Shown piece after piece: positions 57,101-64,000 of a DNA stretch of 64,000 nucleotides. Origin of the DNA: Orbicella franksi (lineage: Eukaryota). The translations under genes were made by a program, and so were the position numbers. The stretch lies in the NCBI GenBank assembly GCA_964199315.1, contig OZ116707.1, positions 5,890,001 through 5,954,000 on the forward strand, read 5' to 3'. How positions within the stretch are numbered: the stretch's first letter is position 1; each line of letters starts with the position of its first letter. The notes beneath the pieces are model-generated. The model was not told where the DNA came from, ran no database searches, and saw only the letters and a list, made by a program, of their open reading frames with translations.

Positions 57101-60100
57101 AATTACAAGGAAACAGCCTCTTACTATTAGATCTTTGCTTTCTTTTAGTTAAGCGATTTTTTTTTCAGTACATGCTGTATGGAAAACGGCATTATAAATA
57201 CTCGTTTGGAAAGGACGCTACATCATGTATCGGCTTTCCAACCGCTTCCCTTAGATGACGAGTTGTGTGTCAGCGGATTGGATGACATTTCAGTACTCAC
57301 CAGCACCCCTCAGTAAGATCAAAATTGTGCGAGGAGAACTGGGACCAAGGCAGAATGGAAAACATGCATGTAACAGCTAAAGGGACATGAATGCTTCTAA
57401 CAGAGTGCAATGTCAAAGTGGAAAATGCACTTTTCAACTGGAAACTGAGAATTTTTGTCACTCTGAAAACTGTTCCCGGCCTTGTCCAATAAGGGAGCCT
57501 GAATTACAATCATTCTTAAATGAGAAACAGTTCTCAGTATCCACCAACTTGAGTACGGAATATCGCACAGCCCTGGGACTTTGGCATTAATTACTTTTCT
57601 ACAATATCTCTATTTCTTGAGTTTATCTATTGAATAGTTTATGGATTTATTTTTCTCTTGCATGATGTGCAGGCATCTGAAGACCAAGAATATAAACTAA
57701 GCTTTTGTTAAAATTAATTTTTCGTATTTTTCTTCTTTCTTGGTGGTGGGTCCACAGGAAGGTTTTCTTTTCCAAGGGAAACAGTCCTAGCTTGGGGTCC
57801 ACCAGTCTGTTTAACCTACGAAAAATAGAGATTATTGATCAACACTGAAATAATTGTTAACTTAAATAACTTAAACAAAAGTAGTCAATCCTCAGTACCC
57901 CTCCAATTTAATGTAGGATAGCCAACAGCTTAAGGTAAGCCGTCAGTCCGGGAAAAATTATCTCCCTGCACTATCCATCAGAGTTTGGACAACATAGCAT
58001 GCTTGCATTTCTCGAATATATCTCACTGGGTGGTGCTCCTTGTTTAATTGCAGAAGTATAGCTGCTTCAGCCCTCAAGATCTCATCATCTTCGTTGACAT
58101 CCTGGTCTGAGGGCCAAGATTTGAAGGAAAGGGCGCTGATGTCACAGGATTCCCCGGCTTTCAGGTATTCTTCCTCTGTCATCTCCTCCCACATTTCCCT
58201 CTACACTCTTTTTTTGGTGGTAAAGGATGTCCACCATTCGAAGTCAGCCCCAGTTAAACGAGACTTGAGGTGATCCGATGCCTTTCCATGGCCTCGAGCG
58301 TCACATTTTTGATGTCCTCTGGCCTGAGCAAGGAAGGATATCCAGGAGGTATATCTTTCATTACAACAAATGGTCCCTCCTTGGGTAACCATTCCTTGCA
58401 CTTCCCACCAGCCAGAAGACGGTACACCATTTCCACTTCACCTTTTCCATTTTTTGTGAAACCAAAAATGTGAGGGGTGCCATGATGTTGAAAAGTTGTG
58501 ATGTATGGGCATATCCAGGACTTCATGTCATAAATGTTGTCCATGTACACCGTGGATGGATTCGGGGTGTAACTGGGCGTTATCAGGTCTCGTAGGGCTT
58601 TTAGTGTGGTCGCATCTGCTTTTTTTAATGCTTCCGAAATTCTCCTGAACATCTGTTGAACAATAGATATGATGTGATAGCTCAAAGTCGACAATATAGC
58701 TCTACCGTAAACCAAGACTACAGTTTTGTTCATGATTAACACATACAGCATAAATATGAAGGTAAACACAGTCCCGTTAAACACTTCTGCAGTAACTGGT
58801 ACTAGTTCATAAGAAACCGAACCGAAAACTACATGTAACAAACAGGTCACTTACTTGGTCTACATCCTCGTGAGTGTGACCGACAAGGAGGTAAGATAGT
58901 TTTACCTGTTAGCGGACAAAAATAACAGATAGTTAAAGAAGTTGCCAACGTTTTTTTACCCTGTATCCTGGTATCAGCCAAAACTGTCCATTGAAGGTTT
59001 CAGAGGCTGAAAAAGCAAGGTATGTAAGCAGATTGAAAACAACCCAGGTCAGAAAACTGCAGCCTCATCACCTGCAAGTGGAGCAGAATAACTTAATCAA
59101 ACATGAACTACTTTGGTAAACAGACTTCCAAACGCAATCAAAGTTACCTTATTTTAAATGAAATGGGGAAATGCAGTAATATAAGGAAGAAGTTTGAATT
59201 CATCTTTCAAGCTATCTTGATTTGACAAAATCCATCAGTAAACAGTTGCAAGAAACCTTAATCCTTTTCGCTTCAAATTTTTATCAAAGCGTTCACTGGC
59301 ACTTAAAAATTTGCACTTCATTTGAGGATTTCATAGGCGTTAGACTAAGGAATGTCGGGCTTCTGAAGATACATTTTCTCACCTTTTTAAAAACCCTTGC
59401 CATGACTAAGAAGGTACAGAATCCCAGAATATATATTTTTGCAGTCTCGGAAGTAATTATCCATCTGCCAATACAACACCACCACAAGACTCCCAACCTC
59501 CGAGAAAGAAATGTGAAAAATGGATCATGTCAAGGTCCTTCAGTTTTAATTTCTGCATTTATACTTGTTGAGAAATAACATGATCCACTCACAAATAATG
59601 ATTTAACATACCTGATCAACGATAACCTTAAGCACAGTCAACAGGACATTTATGGTAGGATTGGCTTCAGCAGGCCATCTCAGTAAATCAATGAAAGTCC
59701 AAGCCAAATTATGTCCGTGAGACAAAACACTGGTTACATGGGTTGTCATAAATTCAGCGTGTTCTCCTTCCAGCTGTTGACGTGAGACAGAGTTTGTTAC
59801 TTACCATCATAAAGAATATTCTTAACCATTTATTTACACTACAAAACATAATATCACTCTGCCTGGTACTTTCAAAGTACTAATGACCCTGGTCCCTAAT
59901 TATGTGAACCAATGGCCTTTTGGCATTCGTTCTTCTTCAGATATCTTCAAAGACAGTGTTGAAACAAACTTATCTTGGATTTCACCTTGAAATGTGGGAT
60001 GTTAGTTTTTGATTAATCCATCCCGTCAGTGATAACAGACATGTATATGTCAGACATCTTTCTTGCTTTGTTTTGGTGTTTATAATACTTCTGTCTTCCC

Positions 60101-60126
60101 GTCTATCATAAAATGTAAAGCAAATA

Positions 60127-62345
60127 CCGTATTTATTGGCCTATAAGCCGAGCGATTTTTGCAAAAAATTTTACTCAGTTTTGGGAATTTTTTTCCGAAA
60201 AGCGGGGTTTGGCTTATAGCCGAGAGTTTTGAATAATTTTTTTCTTGGAAGTGTCATCAACAAAGTGAAAAGCATCATAGACACTTCTGATTCGGCTTAT
60301 AGCCAAGTCAGTTTCATGAAATTATAGTAAAACACAACAAAAACAAGTCGTAAAATGTTGGTCATTGAACTTTTATATAATTGGTGGCTCCTAAAGGAAC
60401 CGTTTGTGTGTGATAGTTATTAGCTTTTAACTAAAAGTTTACTTGCCATCAGTCTCGTCTTTGCTGTCCATTTTGAACTCATCCTCCATTTCTTCATCAT
60501 CATCGAGTTCCTGTGAGTCCTTGGAGTAGATTGTGTCGTCTTCCGTTCCGTCCATGGCATTGAAAATTCCACAGCTCTTAAAAGACTTCTTTACCATCTC
60601 CTCTGGAATCTCTTGCCATGCTTCTTTAATCCATTGAAGGACAAGATTTCTAGTTGGCGCCTTCTTCTTTCCTGCCGGGGTGAACTGAAATGGCCCAGTG
60701 ATCATCCACGCCAAGTACTTTTTCCGGAGGTGATCTTTAAATGGCTTATTCAAGCATTTATCCAAGGGCTGCAAAATGGGGGTTAGACCTCCAGGGATGA
60801 CTGTTACGTCGATGTTGAACCGTTGAGATCGCTTTTGACGGCATCGGTTAGGTGAGCTCTGAACGAATCCCACACTAGCAGTGACGGTTCGTTGCGAGGG
60901 TTCCTCAGCAAACACTGGCGAATCCAGTACTGAAAACCTGGCTCATCCATCCATCCTTTTTTGTCAAAGGAAACATGGAGAGAATCAGGAATGACGAGGT
61001 CTTGTGGAGTCCGGACGCCTTTAAAAATGACCTTGGGAGGAAGTTTGGCCCCATCTGCAGCGATGCCAAGAGTTACGGTGAAGCTTTGCTTCTCTGCTCC
61101 GCAAGATTTAACAGGCACAGTTCTACTACCACTGAACTCTAGCGTTCAGCTTGAAGGAAGTTCAAAACACATTGGCGTCTCATCCATGTTGTAAATTCGG
61201 GACAGGGGATAAGCTGTTCATCGTCTGGCTGCGATGATAAACCAGTGGAACTGGACAATTTTCTCTTCTAGGTCTTCAGGTAGTCGCTGGGCGAGTGTTG
61301 TTTTTGTTTGAAGGCTTACTGAGTGGCATCGTTTCCAGTTCTGGTACCAGCCAAGGGAAGCTTTAAACGGAGGATCGGTGGACAGTTCTTTTGCCTTCAG
61401 GCGCAGCATTAGTCCACTCACGGCAATACCTGTGAAAAATAAAACCGTCCAGGATTAATAAACATTCAAGCGAACGAAGTGATCAAGCAAAGTGTTCTGT
61501 TCACTTTGCGTTGACAGGCATTGTTAATTTGTTATGACGATTTCTAAATCTGGCCAATCACAAGCGTTGGTTCCCACAGGTCGACAAACAAACTCACGTG
61601 CACTCGCTCGTGTGAAGAGATCGAGGGAAAACTTTTTGATCGATTTCGATCATAAAAAATCAATTGAATCTACATGAAATGTTTATCCGATTTGACATGA
61701 AACAATGAGTACTCACCTTGCTCTCTTTGGTCTGAAAACCATTCCAACATCTGCTGGTCTAGCTCTGGATACGTTGTTCGTTTCGCAGACATCTTCAGCT
61801 CGCCGTTGAAAAGCTTCGCCTGGTCTCTTCTCCGTCGACGAACCATCGACTCGCTAATCCCGTAATCTCGGGCGATCTCTGAGTTGTTTTCAACAGCCTC
61901 AGCTTCAGCAACAACTTTGAGCTTAAAAGCCATGTTGTAAGAAGTACGGCGAACTTTTGGCATGATGAATACGATCATGGACGATATGTAAACTGATAAT
62001 TTTGGTAAGCGTTTGTTTGAGACTTAGTCTGAATGGTGGAATTCATTATGTTCAGCTGTACTTATAGACTAGTTAGGATCAATTGATATTCACATTCTCA
62101 CTAATTCGCTAACTGCTTACAATAAACTTTTGAATATTCATTTGGTTGTGTTTATTCGTTCAACAATCAACATATGTTTCCTCAGAGGGACGTTTCAAAG
62201 GTAAAATTTTTCTGCGAAACTTTGGTCTCGGCTTATAGCTGAGAGTTTTCCAATTTTTTTTGACAAGCTTAAGCCCATCGTCAGTTCTCTCAAGTTTGGG
62301 GTCTTGGCTTATAGCCGGGATCAACTTATAGGCGAATAAATACGG
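60127..62345 (-). mobile_element. pogo-like Tc1/mariner transposon
   Basis: TA TSD; 21-bp TIRs CCGTATTTATT(G/C)GCCTATAAG with one mismatch; subterminal GGCTTATAGC motif repeated four times. Confidence 0.92.
60439..61963 (-). pseudogene. pogo transposase (Brinker-type DBD, CENP-B HTH, DDD domain) with one intron
   Basis: YNMAFKLKVV; intron 61716-61430 (GT..AG) joins EQG-IAVSG; MDETP, WDSFRAH, LQPLD; frameshifts. Confidence 0.85.
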
Positions 62346-63702
62346 TAATTAGTTTTTGAGATATCATAGTTTAATTTGTGCTAAGTGGGTGTAAAGCTGA
62401 AATGTTCTTCTTAAATGAAGAAAGTTAATGACTTCATGAAAGATGACTATTGTTATTATCATTATTATTATCATTATCATTACCATTGTCATCATCATCA
62501 TTATTACTTGAATACCACACCTCCATAATTACAATAAACCTAGCCGGCACTTTTTTGGCGTCTCCTTAATGGAAAAGGCCAAACCGAGCCACAATTCTTC
62601 AGTGTCTCACCGCAGAAGACAGAAGTGTAAATTTTGTACATTCCGAGATCAATGTATCTTTGATGAGAAAAATCTATGTGAATTCATTCAAAAACATGTG
62701 TTACAAACAGAAAAGGCATCATGGTTCGCAATCAATGGTCAAACAGTAAACCGCGTGTCGTATTGAGTCTGTCACTTACGCTTGCTGTTGGAGATGAATG
62801 GCTTTTTTCTCTATCCATGTCACCCTACGGGCCTTTCCTTTCAGCTTGTGGATGTGCTCCTTTATCATGGTGCATACACCACACTTCGTGAAACAATTTA
62901 CCTGAAGTCAGGAAAACACATGTGACACTGAACCTCTCATTTATTTCTTGTGGCTTAGGCAGTTCCTAACTGATTTCATGTATTAATACCTTTCCTGTTA
63001 TATTTGCAATTGAAAAAGACAATGAACAATGAACAGGGGTACTTGATTATCCTTGATAGCCAAGGTCCATAATCATCTTGTACGATGGGTTGATAGAGTA
63101 TTGGACGGCAATGACTCTCGGCCTCTTCTGTGCGTTCTATACGAAGACCATCCCTGTTAGCTACTGGCAGCAGAGACGGTGGTGATGATCGAGAAGATGG
63201 AGACGTAAAAATGCCCCTGCTTCTTTCAATGGGATCTGAACCAACTGTGTTTTCGGTGATCATGAGGAGTGTTCCGTTTGTCCCACAGCAGAGGTTTTAT
63301 ATCTCTGCCAAACAAAGAGATTTACTTCGACAAGAAGATCAATATGATGGCGTATATCAGGTATATACACTTTTTAAGTCTTTTGCATGAGTGTGATAAC
63401 TCATTCTATTTTACATTTTATTTTTCATAAGTACACCTGCCATAGAAAGATAGATATTCTACAGCTCAGGGGAGGTTGCAGCAGTTGCAGAAGTGTAAGT
63501 TAAGACAGTCGTCGTGTTACAGAAGTTACGTTGACAAGAAAAATGAAGTTGATAAGTAAGCCCAGTGATGCCCACTTTGAAAATGTGAACATAGCAATGG
63601 ACTGTACTTATTCTAGTTTTATTTGTGAAAACCAACCGGAATTGAAGCAAATAATGAATTAATTGTCAGCGGTAAAATCTGACTGTTTACACTGTATCTA
63701 TT

Positions 63703-64000
63703 GTGGGAGGTGTGGTGGCCTCATGGTTAATGCGCTCGTCTCCGGATTGAGCGGTCCGGGTTCGAGCTCTGGCCAGGGACTTTGTGTTGTGTTCTTGGGC
63801 AAGACACTACTCTCACAGTGCCTCTCTCCACCCAGGTGTATAAATGGGTACTGGCGAACTTAATGCTGGGAGTAACCCTGCGATGGACTAGCATCCCATC
63901 CAGGGGGGAGTAGAAATACTCCTAGTCGCTTCATGCTACAGAAACTGGGATAAGCTCCAGCCTGATGGGCCACTTGGCTCGTATGCAGATTTTACCTTTT
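63703..64000 (+). mobile_element. tRNA-derived SINE
   Basis: A box TGGCCTCATGG, B box GTTCGAG, V-type core TTGGGCAAGACAC..CTCTCTCCACCCAGGTGTATAAATGGGTAC, tail ending TTTACCTTT at the window edge. Confidence 0.85.

Larger units (their letters stand above)
57958..63263 (-). mobile_element. Multi-exon DDE transposase gene, Sola-like motif set, decayed
   Basis: Exons joined at GT-AG sites: NCFTKCGVC (62778-62905), RQKYYKH..TDGMD (~59970-60085), VLSHGH..ANPTINVL (~59625-59775), QMDNYFRDCKN..FKK (~59370-59480), VKLSYLLVGHTHEDVDQ (~58853-58905), MFRRISEAL.. (from ~58650). Superfamily assignment is tentative. Confidence 0.65.

Noticed and set aside
63130-63390. Host exon on the plus strand
   Set aside because: No recognisable domain; the opposite strand is better explained as part of the spliced transposase gene.
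63703-63775. Second functional tRNA gene
   Set aside because: A and B boxes are present but the cloverleaf is poor and it continues into a SINE core and tail.

Overview
AT-rich eukaryotic DNA made almost entirely of decayed mobile elements. The repeat families resemble those of stony corals (inference from recognised motifs, no search run), and I could not support any host gene. The centrepiece is an endogenous Polinton/Maverick (adintovirus-like) element at ~12.8-34.6 kb. It carries a packaging ATPase, adenain protease, an intact major capsid ORF, THREE tandem penton genes, an integrase with chromodomain, several basic core-like proteins and an orphan-rich accessory region. One Polinton-type terminus is present (..ACTACT at 34593); the other end and the pPolB gene are not found. 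A full-length L1/Tx1 LINE with a 17-bp TSD splits penton 1. The most striking observation is a complete tRNA-His(GTG) gene (33445-33516) that fills almost all of an apparent 106-nt spliceosomal intron in the viral accessory region, next to a RING gene. A second, differently organised Polinton remnant (MCP, core protein, protease, PLA2, integrase) lies at 43.8-50 kb with a scrambled integrase. The flanks hold Crypton, DIRS, Penelope, RTE, L2, CACTA, Sola-like and pogo elements, MITEs and a tRNA-derived SINE. All calls come from manual translation and motif recognition; boundaries without a stated junction sequence are approximate.
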